Assembly (NCBI RefSeq): GCF_016432865.1
Contig: NC_067403.1
Location: 36,332,001-36,396,000, forward strand
DNA length: 64,000 bases
Direction of reading: 5' to 3'
Source of the DNA: Antechinus flavipes
Taxonomy: Eukaryota
A program made the translations under genes and the position numbers. This document shows, one piece after another, positions 48,678 to 61,340 of this stretch (the first letter of the stretch is position 1; the number at the start of each line of letters is the position of its first letter). A model generated the notes under the pieces. It had not been told where the DNA came from. It searched no databases and saw only the letters and a list, made by a program, of their open reading frames with translations.

Positions 48678-48827
48678 CGTTTCAGCATCCACAAAGACTG
48701 TTGGACATTCTGAACACATCATCATTACTTCCAATGAACTTTTAAACTTTGTTCCAATTCGTTGGAGACTCTCACCAAGAAAACTGACTGAATCATTTGT
48801 TATAGCTCCAAATTTTCTTTGAATGGT
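48678..48827 (-). CDS. FRYL: FRYL coding exon
   Basis: attttag|ACC; reads TIQRKFGAITNDSVSFLGESLQRIGTKFKSSLEVMMMCSECPTVFVDAET; donor |gtaaaa. 150 nt. Confidence 0.95.
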
Positions 48828-49229
48828 CTAAAATAAAACACACAGAGGAAACTGATTATAAGCATGATATATAACAATTATCCTTCGATCTAAATCTTTA
48901 ATTTTATTAAAAATTCAACTTCAAATTTCACATGTTTAACATATGTTGGATCGCTTGCTGTCTAGGGGAGGGGGGAGATGGGAAGGAAGGGAGAAAAATT
49001 TGGAACACAAGGTTTTGCAAGGGTAAATGCTGAAAACTATCTTTTTATATATTTTGAAAATAAAAAGCTATTATAAAATTTTTTTTGAGAATAAAATTTA
49101 CTTTTCTCTCCTCTTAAATTAAATTTCATAGTTCTGAAAAGTAAAATTTAGAGCTGCTAAAACTACATTTTTGAAAACAAATAACACCAAAGAAGTCAGA
49201 GTATACATTCTTGTTTATCTGGCTATCCC

Positions 49230-49908
49230 TGGGTAGTCCTGAAGAATCAAGAACCCCTAAGTTAAAAACACACATGGAGTGCAGAGAGGAAAAGCCCACC
49301 TCCTCGGGCCCATATCACTTCTGGATCGCTCAACTAGACCAAAACTAAATCATTCTTTGTTGCTTCCAACCATGAATCTTGTTCCTGCCTTCTGCCATTT
49401 CTGAGTACAGGGTTCAAAAAGTACACTGACAACCTGGGGACTGTGTAGAGAAGTGTATCGGGAGAGAGAATGGCCTGAAGTAATATGGAGTCCATGGTCA
49501 GAACTTTAACCCACCACCCATCCTGCTTCCATGGCCACGGAGTTAGGATAATCAAGACAGTCTTAGGAGTTGGCCTATCTTAATTAAGCCAGACCTAACC
49601 AAGTACCAGGCCACTGTCCACTGATGGACACACCAGTTAGTTCTCTATCTGGCCCTTCCGTAAGCCCTCCCCAACTCCCTAGGTCTTGCTCTTACTTCTT
49701 TCCCCCTTTCTCTTCTAAATTTCAAAGTCCAAGCTACTGGAAGCATCTTGCTTAATCATATGTGATTCAGCCTTGCTGGTCTTATTTGATTACATGCCTG
49801 AGCCCCTCCCCATAATAAATGGCATCTTTTGTGGCTGTGATAAACATCTTGTGAATTTTTCACGTTTGAACCACTCTCCCACTTAGTAATATGGTTCTTT
49901 ACATTACA
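49230..49908 (+). mobile_element. Possible solo LTR
   Basis: GC-richer segment with AATAAA at ~49814, ending CATTACA; termini and TSD not resolved. Confidence 0.35.
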
Positions 49909-50769
49909 CTTCTTCACTGAGTTCATGACATATGAGGATTGGCTGAAGGAGGCAGGACTTAGAAGGCAGAATCAGGAGTGAGGGATGGGGAGAAAACAGA
50001 AAGGGAAAGACAAATTTAAGAGGAAAGGACCATGCTAAGGGTGACCATACTAAAGGGTGGGTGATGGGATAGAGCAGATCAAGTTGTGGCAAAGTCAGAA
50101 GAATGGAGTGAGAAGTTACTCCAGGTATTTGAATGCTGAAATTCATTTATCTAAATGAACAAAATTTTCAAGTGCAAATTTCTTTTAACATTGTAAAAAT
50201 CTATAATGATAAACAACACTTAAGAAGAATTAAGATAATCTCTCGTATTATCAGTCTTTACAGAATCTGAGAATTACAAGCTCACCTTCTAAACAGAAGA
50301 AAACCAAACTTCAGAATATACTGATTAAAATGTATAATGCTGCTATCGAGGTTAAAAAAAGAAAAAAATTAGCATGGATGAAAAAGCAAAGAGAATTGGG
50401 GCATCTACAGAAAGGAAAACAATCAAAAAAGCCTGGGGGTAGGAGAACAGAGCAATCAAAAGGAGAGCAGATTTTTAAAAATACAAATACAAAATTCGTT
50501 TTAATTCCAGTTAAGGAAATTTATAGCACAGATGAACAATATTAGAGAGAAAAAACCTAAATGAATTAAGCCAGCATTTAAAGAAGTTAGGAAGAAAAAG
50601 TAACCCAAAGGAAAAGTAGAAAACAAAAATTAATTATGATTAGGACAAAAATAATCAGGACAGATCATGAAAGAATAAATAAATAAATAAAATAAAACCC
50701 CCAAACAAGGTTTTGGCTACGAGTTATTTATTTTTTTTTAAAATAATGACAAAACTTATAAATCACTAG

Positions 50770-51892
50770 AAGTGTAATTATTTTTTCAATAAAGCTTTTT
50801 ATTTTTAAAACACATGCATAGTTTTCAACACTGACTCTTACAAAACCTTGTGTTCCAAAATTTTTTCTCCTGCCTTCCTCTCCCCCGCCCCCCACTTCTC
50901 CCATACAAGTAATCCAATATATGTTAAATATAGGGAATTCTTCAACATATTTCCACAATTATCATGCAATACAAGAAAAATCAGAAAACAAAATGCAAAT
51001 TAACAACAAAAAAACTGAAAATACTGTGATCCACACTCAGTCCCCACAGTCCAGATGGCTTTTTCCATCACAAGTCCATTGGAACTGGCCTGGATTACCT
51101 CACTGTCAAAAAGATCCATGCCCATCAGAATTGATCATTGTATAATCTTGTTGCTGTGTACAATGTTTTTTGTTTCTACTCATTTCACTCAGCATCAGTT
51201 CACGTAAGTCTCTCCAGGCCTCTCTGAAATCATCCTGCTGATCATTTCTTACAGAGCAATAATATTCCATAACATTCACATATCATAAACTTATTCAGCT
51301 ATTCTCAACTGATGGGCATCCACTCAGTTTCCAGTTCCTTGCCATGTCTACAAAAATGGCTGCCACAAACATTTCTGCACATGTGGATTCCTTTCCCTAC
51401 TTTAAGATCTCTTTGGGATACAAGCCCAGTAGTAACACTGCTAGATCAAAGGGCATGCACAGTTTGATAGCCCTTTGGGCATAATTCCAAATTGCTCTCC
51501 AGAATGGTTGGATCAGTTCACAATTCCACCAACAATGTATCAGTGTCCCAGTTTTCCCACATCATGTCCAATATTTATCATTATCGTTTCCTGTCATCTT
51601 AGCCAATCTGAAAGGTGTTTGCATTTCTCTAATAAATAGTGATTTAGAGTATTTTTTTCATATGATTAGAAATGGCTTTAAATTCTTCATCTGAAAAATG
51701 TCTGTTCATGTCTTTTGACCATTTATCAACTGGAGAATGTCTTGTATTTTTATAAATGAGTCAATTCCCTATATATTTTAGAAATGAGGACTTTATCAGA
51801 CTCCCTTGGATATAAAATTCCCTCTCACCCCCTCCCCCCCCACCCCAGTTTATTCCTCTTCTAATCTTATCTGAGTTGATTTTGTTTGTACA
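50770..51892 (-). mobile_element. 5'-truncated L1 3' end in a FRYL intron
   Basis: Antisense ORF2 C-terminus (catttcactcagcatcagttc..., ttccaaattgctctccagaatgg) plus 3'UTR. Confidence 0.85.
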
Positions 51893-52693
51893 ATTTATTT
51901 AAATGGAAAAAATTATTGTGTACTCCAGGATCCCAATTCTCTTCTTGTCACTTTTTTTTTCACTGAAATAAATACACAAATACTTGCTTCGTTCACAATG
52001 CTTAATGAAAGGGTTGGAAAAATGCACAGAGTGATGGAAAGAAGATGGAAACAAAGTCAGTGTTATGCTAAACAAGAGTAATGTGGAGGGTGGTAAATCT
52101 TCATTATGACACGTCTTATTCTGAGATTCAAAATAAGATAGAAGAATAGAAAGTTTAAAAAATGAACAAAAATTAAATCTCAGTTGGGACTTCTTATCAC
52201 TTAAGTTTCATGGGGACTAGGTAACTGTAGAGGCACACTGTTATTTTTGATGCACACAAGAAGTTTCTCTTCTACCTCTGAGCTATGTTGTATTCCTACA
52301 TGTATGACTGTGTCACACCTCTTCTGTTTACGAATTTGTTTATAGTGGTGAAAAGTGTTCAGTATATAATGGAAAAACAAGCATAAAATTTATTATGTGT
52401 CTTAAGGCAAAAATCTATAGTGAGTATCCTATAAAAGTGAAAGCTGGCTATATGTGAAAGTCCCTGCTTTCAAGGATATTATAATTTAACTAGAGAGAGC
52501 TAAACAAAACAAAGCAATGTGGAGAAATGTCAAACAAGTAATATAGCTAAAATATACTTTAAGAGTTCAAAGAAGGGAATGGGCTCAAATGATTGACAAA
52601 GGCCCAAGAAACTGGGCCTTTGTAGGAATTTAGTGATGGATTAGATTGGAAGGATTTAGATAGGTCAAGATACCATTAGGAGAGCTCGTTTTC

Positions 52694-53650
52694 CAAATCA
52701 CTATTAATCAGAGAAATGCAAATTAAAGATAAGTCTGAGATACCACTTACACACCTGTCAGATTGGCTAAGATGACAGGAAAAAATAATGATGAATGTTG
52801 GAGGGGATGCGGGAAAACTGTAACACTGATGCATTGCTGGTGGAGTTGTGAACAAATCCAACCATTCTGGAGAGCAATCTGGAATTATGCCCAAAAAGTT
52901 ATCAAACTGTGCATACCCTTTGATCCAGCAGTGTTACTACTGGGTTTATATCCCAAAGAAATACTAAAGAAGGGAAAGGGACCAGTATGTGCCAAAATGT
53001 TTGCGGCAGCCCTGTTTGTAGTGGCTAGAAACTGGAAAATGAATGGATGCCCATCAATTGGAGAATGGCTGGGTAAATTGTGGTATATGAATGTTATGGA
53101 ATATTATTGTTCTGTAAGAAATGACCAGCAGGATGAATACAGAGAGGCTTGGAGAGACTTACATGAACTGATGCTAAGTGAAATGAACAGGACCAGGAGA
53201 TCATTATACACTTCGACAACGATATTGTATGAGGATGTATTCTGACAGAAATGGATTTCTTTGACAAAGAGATCTAACTGAGTTTCAATGGATAAATGAT
53301 GGACAGAAGCAGCTACACCCAAAGAAAGAACACTGGGAAACGAATGTGAACTATTTGCAGTTTTGTTTTTCTTCCCGGGTTATTTTTACCTTCTGAATCC
53401 AATTCTCCCTGTGCAACAAGAGAACTGTTCGGTTCTGCAAACATATACTGTATCTAGGATATACTGCAACATATCTAACATATATAGGACTGCTTGCCAT
53501 CTAGGGGAGGGGGTGGAGGGAGGGACGGAGGGGAAAAATCGGAACAGAAGCGAGTGCAAGGGATAATGTTGTAAAAAAATTACCCTGGCATGGATTCTGG
53601 CAATATAAAGTTATTATAAAATAAAATAAAATATTAAAAAAAAAAAAAAA
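52694..53650 (+). mobile_element. Young 5'-truncated L1 (957 bp) with 16-bp TSD
   Basis: The 52763-53245 ORF is the ORF2 end (CWRGCGKTVTLMHCWWSC), followed by a polyA tail. TSD AGGAGAGCTCGTTTTC at 52678-52693 and 53651-53666. Confidence 0.93.
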
Positions 53651-53740
53651 AGGAGAGCTCGTTTTCTTGAGCTAAAGCCCAGAGAGCAAACGGTGCCCTG
53701 AGCTTGGCAGAAGAACCATCACTTTGTGCATGTAATGACC

Positions 53741-54060
53741 ACATGAAGTGAATCAGGGTCCTGCTTGCTACTCATGACTGGAAGGTCCTAGCCACACCAA
53801 TCCTGGTTCTACATACTGCTCAACAATCACAAGGCTCCACAACCCTAATGACCCAGAGAATTATTTACTCGAGACCCAAGAATATATGTTTGTGGTTTTC
53901 ATGTTTAAAAACCCTACCTTTACCCTAGGTGGGTGAGCCCCTTTTCTTAGCAAGAAGGACTTGGCTTACAAGCTGTTTCCGTCACCATGAAATTAAAAGT
54001 TCTGTTTGATTCCCAATTCTCCAGTCTCTAGCCCACTTCTGTTGGCTCTGGCCACCCACA
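53741..54060 (+). mobile_element. Possible short solo LTR
   Basis: TGTAATGACC...GCCACCCACA termini and internal ATTAAA; no TSD found. Confidence 0.35.
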
Positions 54061-54837
54061 GATTAGAGGCCAGTTCATCAGGCTGACAGATAGGTAGAAG
54101 TAGAAAGGGCATCGGGAATGGGGCACTGGATAAACAAAAGCAAAGATACCTGCACTAGACAATTAGGTATTTATTTATATGCTTATTTTTAATGTCAACC
54201 TGCGAATAGTCTTGAGTCAAACAGAGCAGGCCAGAGATAGGAGACTCAGGGATCAAACAAAAATTTAATTTCAGAGTCAGGCAAATGAGACTTGGAAGTA
54301 GAAGTTCCCCTGAGGGGAAGGCTTGTCTAGCTGCGAAAAGGGCAGAGTTTATGTACACAAAAATCACAAGTGGAATGGACCATGACAATCATTTTTAGAT
54401 CATGAATTGCTGTGCCTGTGGCAGGCTCATGTACCTTTGGGTCCTGTGGGAATAGTATTTCTGTTCTAAGGGCTGTGATTATTCTGTAGGGTACAGAAGT
54501 CAAGTTCTGTGAAGGAAACAGGAATTCCAAACCAGGTTTGGTTCAAAAGTTTTGGTTCAGTTATTGCCAAGATAGAAGTATGTGGGCTTAGCTCTGCTAA
54601 GACTTCCCAATGGAGATAAGAAGGGTGGATATTTCAGGCTTGAAGAACTGCTTGAATGACTATATGGGATACTTTGGGGGCAGGTTTGGCTGAAGTGAAG
54701 AGGTCTAATAGTTAGTAAACCTGGAATAATAAGGTTGTGGGCATGCTTCAAGTACTCAGAAGCATTACCTGGCTCCAGTGGTTGGAAGATTGTGATAAGG
54801 TTAGAAGAAATTTCCAGAAAATCAGTATTCTTATTCA

Positions 54838-55158
<321 letters not shown>

Positions 55159-55834
55159 TCAAAATGCTATATACACACACACACACACACACATATTTTT
55201 TTTAATACATTGCAAGTACTATCAGGGTGATTTAGGTCTTGGGTTCCTAACATATCCTTCAAATTTTTCTCCTTATTTCCGACTTTTCTTATTCCTGAGA
55301 ACTATGATTAGCATCTTAGGCAGCGATCACTCTCTATCCCTTTATTCTTTTTCTGGATCCATGTTTGTCCATATCTGCTTTAACTGAAATCAATTTCCTT
55401 TTTTTTTAATTTAAAATTTAAATAAAAAATAAAAAAAGAAAAAAAATTGCCATGTGCACAACAGAACATGAGAGGATTCAAAGTATGAGACAATAAATTT
55501 CCATTTCAAGAAAGTATATAACACGTCTCTGAAGTGGATAACTGTGCTGGTTGAAAAGAATTATGAGAAATGGTTCCCATCTAAGAAGAGTTTAAATTTT
55601 GTTGGGAAGATAATATATAAACAATCCTGGGACTGTATATAATAAAATATTTAAATTTATTAATGCAAGCTCTAAAATCCATAAGATTTCACAGAACAGA
55701 GAAATCAGTGTAGTTAAAGAATTTTGGGAAAAATTTTTAGAAAAGTTAGAATCTAGATTGATAATGGAAATGTTAATGTAGTAGTTGACTAATATCAACA
55801 AATAAATATTTTTAATGTTTAAAAATAAGTTAGA

Positions 55835-55995
55835 GGGGCAGCTAGGTAGCACAGTGGATAGAGCACCAGCTCTTAGGTCAGGAGGACCTGAGTTCAAATC
55901 TGGCCTCAGACACTTAACACTTCCTAGCTGTGTGATCCTGGGCAAGTCACTTAATTCCAACTGCCTCAGCAAAAAAAGAAAAAACAAAACAAAAC
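55835..55995 (+). mobile_element. WSINE1-type SINE (young)
   Basis: GGGGCAGCTAGGTAGCACAGTGGATAGAGCACC...GAGTTCAAATC...CTGCCTCAGC followed by an A-rich tail. Confidence 0.92.
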
Positions 55996-56086
55996 ATAAA
56001 TTCTTCTTTAAAAATTCAAATAAGACAATTTATGTATTACATAAAAATAAGTTAACATTGTGGTGTTCTTTTTCTTCCTTAAAATA

Positions 56087-56881
56087 TATAATAAGATGAT
56101 GGTTCTCTCTGGGTGAGAGTAGGTTTCTTGAAGAGGTTTTCTTGGAGGCAGCCTTAGTATTAGTTCAGATCAATAATTACACCAAATGCAGCCAGCTGGT
56201 AAAAATACAAACGTTTATTTTCTCCTTCCAAAGTAGCCTGGTTAGTTGAGGCCTCTCTCTCTGCTTGATTCCAAGAGCTCCCTCCGAATGTCTTCAAATC
56301 CAAAGGTTTTGTCCTTCAGCCTCTGCCTCCGCTTTCTTCAGCCTCCAGCCAGCACAAAGATGGAATGACTGTCTTGTTTCCTTCTCTTGGGGCTCGGCTA
56401 GCTTTCTGGAGAGTCTTTCAGACCAGCTTGGTCTCAGTGGGGGGAGTGCAGGAACCCAGCCACCATAGTAGTGTGAGATGAAGATGAATCTGGTTGTGCC
56501 TCTGAGAGAGCCTTCTCAATCTTCAGTTCAGCTCCAACTCGTGGCTTCTTCTGACTTGATGCTCTTCTCTTCATGTGATTTGGCTGAATTCTCCCCGAGA
56601 GCCTCTGTCTGTTTCTTTTATATGAGAGAGAGGGATTATGGGTTTTCTCCCATAGTGCTCTCTGGCCCTAAGAGCTTCAAGGGAGGTGTGAATTCACAAA
56701 GTTTACTTTGTGAATCTCTCATACTTGTGAACTCCAATGAATAAAGGTGTAAACACAAGCATTGTATTAATTAGTTCTATTTAGTACCTTGTTTCAGGTT
56801 CTGGCCCAAAACATCTTCTTGTAAGATTAAATCAATAATCTATCAACTCTAATGAGTTAGCAGTTTGTAAAGATTCCAACA
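56087..56881 (-). mobile_element. Solo ERV LTR, sense to FRYL
   Basis: Minus strand starts TGTTGGAATC at 56881, with TATAAAA at 56622-56616 and AATAAA at 56219-56214. The left boundary is approximate. Confidence 0.7.
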
Positions 56882-57183
56882 TAACGTAGCCAATACTTAC
56901 TAACACTTTAAAGTTTGCAAAGCATCTTAAATATATTTTCTATTCGGGTCCTCATAATAGCCCTGGAGATAGGGTATGCAAGTCTTAGAGAGTTGTGACT
57001 TGCCCAAAGATTCATAGTTTTTAAAGAGTAAATTTCAGATCTAGCATTTTGTCTATTAAATCAAGATGAAGGAAGATTATTCAAGAATAGCAAGAATTTT
57101 TCATGTGTGTACTAAGTAACAGATATAATATTCATCAGTAATTACCATAAGAACACCTAACATGTTCTATAGATAGCTTAGAT

Positions 57184-57385
57184 CAGTGGTTCTGAAACTC
57201 TTTTTCTCAGAATCTTTACGGTATTAACAACTACTGAGAATATGTGCAAAGAGTTTTTATTTATATGTGTTACATAGAAGATATTTATCATAAATAGAAA
57301 AAAAAACTAATTTTGAATTTGTAGACCCTTTGAAAGGATTTCAGAGACCCTCCAGGATTCACTGCACCACACTTTGAGATTATTG
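57184..57385. mobile_element. hAT-Charlie (MER5/MER20-like) non-autonomous DNA transposon
   Basis: Terminal CAGTGGTTCTGAAACT and a degenerate ...CACACTTTGAGATTATTG. Confidence 0.6.
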
Positions 57386-57609
57386 TTTTTCCTAAGATAT
57401 GAAAATATTGATAAATGAATACCACACTATAAAAAACTACTCTTTAAAAAAAAGAAATGTTCATAGGAAAAAATAGATTGGAAAAAACTTCAAGAGAATT
57501 AAGTAGATAAAAAGGCAGGAAAGTTTTGTAAGAAATGAGAAAATACAAAACGCCATAGTTATATATATACGTCTTCTTTTCCTTATACTATAAAGGAGTT
57601 GATTCTCAC

Positions 57610-57860
57610 CTCGACAAGCCTGAGAAATCAGCTTCTTCTTCTTCACATCTTTCATCCAGCTCTTTCAAGGCAAGGGTAACATCCTCTTCACACACTGATT
57701 CAGGAGAACTTTCAAGAACTGGAGGCTCTGCAATTTCAGTTTCTTCCAATTCAAGAATTTCTTGACACATGAGAGATTCTTGCTGTTCTTGCATAACATA
57801 TGACCCTTCATCTTCAAAAGTCATGCTAACATGTTCATCTTTTAATAATGAACTTCCATC
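57610..57860 (-). CDS. FRYL: FRYL coding exon
   Basis: ttacag|GAT; reads DGSSLLKDEHVSMTFEDEGSYVMQEQQES...ELDERCEEEEADFSGLS; ends AG|gtgaga. 251 nt, phase 0/2. Confidence 0.95.
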
Positions 57861-60582
57861 CTGTAAGTAAGCAGAGTTTTCATTACTTTTGAAACATTTT
57901 AAGAAAGCAAATTCATGACAATTTTCATGTTCAATCTAACCTAACAAGCATTTGTTAAGTGCTTACTATGTATAAGATACTGTACGGGGCCTGGCTGGTA
58001 GATAATAAAAATCAATGTCTGCCACTGAGAAGTTCTTTTTTTCTAGAGGAAATACAAAATAAACGGTCTAGCTGCCAGCTCCCTTCTTTATTCACATAAT
58101 TTTACTTTGCATATCTTTATATTATAAACTATAGTTATAAATTCAATTTTATATTACTGGTTCTAATCGAGGAGATCACTTAACATCCAATCACTTAAAC
58201 TTTTTTAATCTCCATTTTTTTTATCTGTAAAATCTGAGGGCTGGACAAGATATTCCCTTCAAAATGTACCTGCAATCTTATAGCAATAGAAATATTATGT
58301 CTTCTGATATTCTATTATTTTGATTATAACTTGAAAGTAAAGGTTCTTTTGCCACCTTAAGTGTTATAATTTTCAGGACATAAGGTTAAATAGTTTCTAG
58401 TCATTGGATTTGTTTTGAAATTTCCCTGATGCCCCCAGGAAAAAAAGTTATCATGTAAGATATTTAAAAATTAATCTAACAGAAAGTTCATTTATCTAAT
58501 AAGGTGAATACTAAAGGGAAAATGTAGCTCACATGCCAAACTCCATAAGATATCATCTAGTATAACATGTATTCAAACTTTTCTCTTCCAAAATTAAATG
58601 ATTTAACTTAACTATGGCATAATTTTCCAGAGCCTAAAAAGGCTATCATTAATGAAGTACTTTAAGGCTTACTATACATTTTGCAGACATTATCTTATTT
58701 GTACTTCCTAATGATCCAGTGAGATTCTACAGATCGAAGTGGCATTACTACTTTGCCTAGTAGATATTTCAATAGCACAGTGAATATTTTGAACTGCATT
58801 TCCTTAAGCATTTCAAATTTTGGATATTCAAAACTAAATCTAGTATCTTTACTTCCAAATCTGCTCTTCTTTCAAACTTCTTTCTTTTTTTCAAGAAGAG
58901 CAGCAGTCTATTAGTTTGTAAGAACTGGTTTGTAACTTACTTCAAGGTTATCTATCTGTGATTCCTCACTCTTCCTTCATCCATAGACCTAATCCATCCC
59001 TCGATCTCTTTACTGCAGTCTTTGATGGCCCTTTATCAGGCCAGTCCCTCTAGAGATCCTTTTGATGTCATCCTTTCCCATCTCTCTAGCATAACTTCCT
59101 GAACAATTATCTCCCACCTTGGATATTCAATCTTGCTTCATCTACTCACTCCCTTCTTTCCCACTTCCCTATCAGAAAAAATAGAAAATACTTAAATATA
59201 AATAGTTCACTAATATTTAGTTATAATATGAGAAGATTTTTTTTCAATTAAACAATATATTATTTTCATTATTCATTTCAATATTACAATCACTGGTGGT
59301 TCTGATCAATCAGACTTTTATAAAGCCTTACTGGAAATTCACACTCTGAAAATCTATATATATATATATATATTTTTTTTTTAAAGTATCTCAGTTAAGG
59401 AACTTCAGTGTCTTTACTACTTGTTATAAAACACTGTTTGATTGTGGATACTTCTGAGCACTAGATTCTTAATCCACAAAATGAATGAACTGAACTTAAA
59501 TTTTCCATGATCTTTCCCTCTCACTTCTAAATGTCCATTTTGGAAATGAAAGCGCTCGTTTAAACTATTTATACCAAGAGTTTAAAAACTTCAACAGGGA
59601 AAAATGGTATAAAGGTAATGCTTTAAAAGCCCATAAAGCAGGAGAGTTTTCTACAACTTTGGAGCTTCAGAATGAAATAATATAAGCTTCCTACCTATAG
59701 CATGCAATTTACTTTTTTTTTTCCTCTTTCACTCAAAAATTAGGGTGTTAGACAAACAAACCATTTCCAAGATTATTTCACAATCTTCCTCTTCATACAC
59801 TCTAAAGTCCAAATTTTCCTACTTACTGCTCCTTAAATTCAGCACTGCATCTCCCACTGACATGCTTTTTATAGGCAGTATTCCCCATTGTTGGAATTTA
59901 CTATCTCTTCACATCTGCCTTTTAGAATTCACTTTTTCAAGCCAATAGACATTTATCATGTGCCAAGCATTGTACTAAGCATTGGAAATACAAAGAAAAG
60001 CAACATATGTCTCTATCTCCTTTTTTTGGGGGGGAAGGGAGATAGTGATTATTCCCTCCCCCAAAAAAGCCCCAAATGGTAATTTACAGTAGCTATAGTA
60101 ACAAATACTATTAAGTGGAATATTTGATTAATTTTTTAGTCCAGATCTTTGATTTCATTGGCATAGCAAACACTCAGTAAGTAAATTCCCTCTATCAACG
60201 CAGATCAGTAATGCTTATGAAGCTTAGAGAGGCCTTGGGTAAGGGAAGTTGAGTGAGCAACCCACGATGGCACAGCAAATAAGTGCCAGACACAGGACTT
60301 TAAGCTAGCTCTATCCAGATAATCTATTTTGCCACTACTTCTCAAATCAAAGTTTAGCAACTACTGGAAGGAATATGAATTTTCCACTGAGTAGACATCA
60401 TATACTTTATGATTGGAGATCTCAACTTTGCTATTATCAATCCCCCCCCCCCAAAAGCTTTATGAAGAGCTAATAAGCATTAAACATTTTATTTATGCAC
60501 AAAATTATTTTTGCATTTCAGTGGAAAAATTATATATCATGCATAAACATATTAATATTTACATATATACATACTTATCTAT

Positions 60583-60640
60583 AAAGCTTTTATATCAGTT
60601 GAGAGAGAGTAAGGATATATATATATATAAGAGAGAGTAA

Positions 60641-60673
<33 letters not shown>

Positions 60674-60714
60674 CTTATATATCCTTACTCTCTCTCAACT
60701 GATATAAAAGCTTT
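60583..60714. repeat. Perfect inverted repeat (39-bp arms) around an (AT)n core
   Basis: 60583-60621 is the exact reverse complement of 60676-60714. Confidence 0.95.
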
Positions 60715-61187
60715 CTATATATATGTATATAAGGTTATAGGAGTAGGAGACAGAGACATGATTTTATTGGTATAGGGAAACTGCTTGGTGAGACCACGTC
60801 CCCTACTACTGCCAGTTAATACTTTTTGTGCTCAGAACGCTGAGAAGGAAAGTGATCTGCCCTATATCACTCAGCTAGGAAAGATCAGAGGCAAGACAAG
60901 GACTCGGATAGTCTGGGCTTCAGGGCCAGCTCCTTATCCATTATCTTTTGCTGCCTCTCCTTTCAGAGGCAAAGAACCTGTTATTTTTTTTTTTTTTTTA
61001 AGTAATATAAGTAAAACAAAATGTTTTTGTTGTTGCTTTCAGTAAAGAAGAAAGGGGAAAAAAGTTTGTATTTTGATGAGTTCTGCTTTTTTTTTTTTCA
61101 CATTATTAAATTTTCTCATTAACATTTATCAAGCCCAAATAATGAGAGTAGAGACACTGAATTTATTTGTTACAATAAAACTCAGCT

Positions 61188-61340
61188 GGGGCAGCCATAT
61201 GGTACAGCGGATAGAGCACCAGCCCTTAAGTCAAGAGGACCTGAGTTCGAATCTTGCCTTAGATGCTTAACACTTCCTAGCTGTGTGACCCTAGGCAAGT
61301 CACTTAATCCCAATTGCAAAAAAAAAAAAAAAAAAAAAGA
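61188..61340 (+). mobile_element. WSINE1-type SINE with long A-tail and TSD
   Basis: Full body plus ~21 A; CTCAGCT flanks at 61181-61187 and 61343-61349. Confidence 0.9.

Noticed and set aside
55835-55900. tRNA-like A/B boxes
   Set aside because: They are heads of tRNA-derived SINEs, not tRNA genes; there is no cloverleaf.
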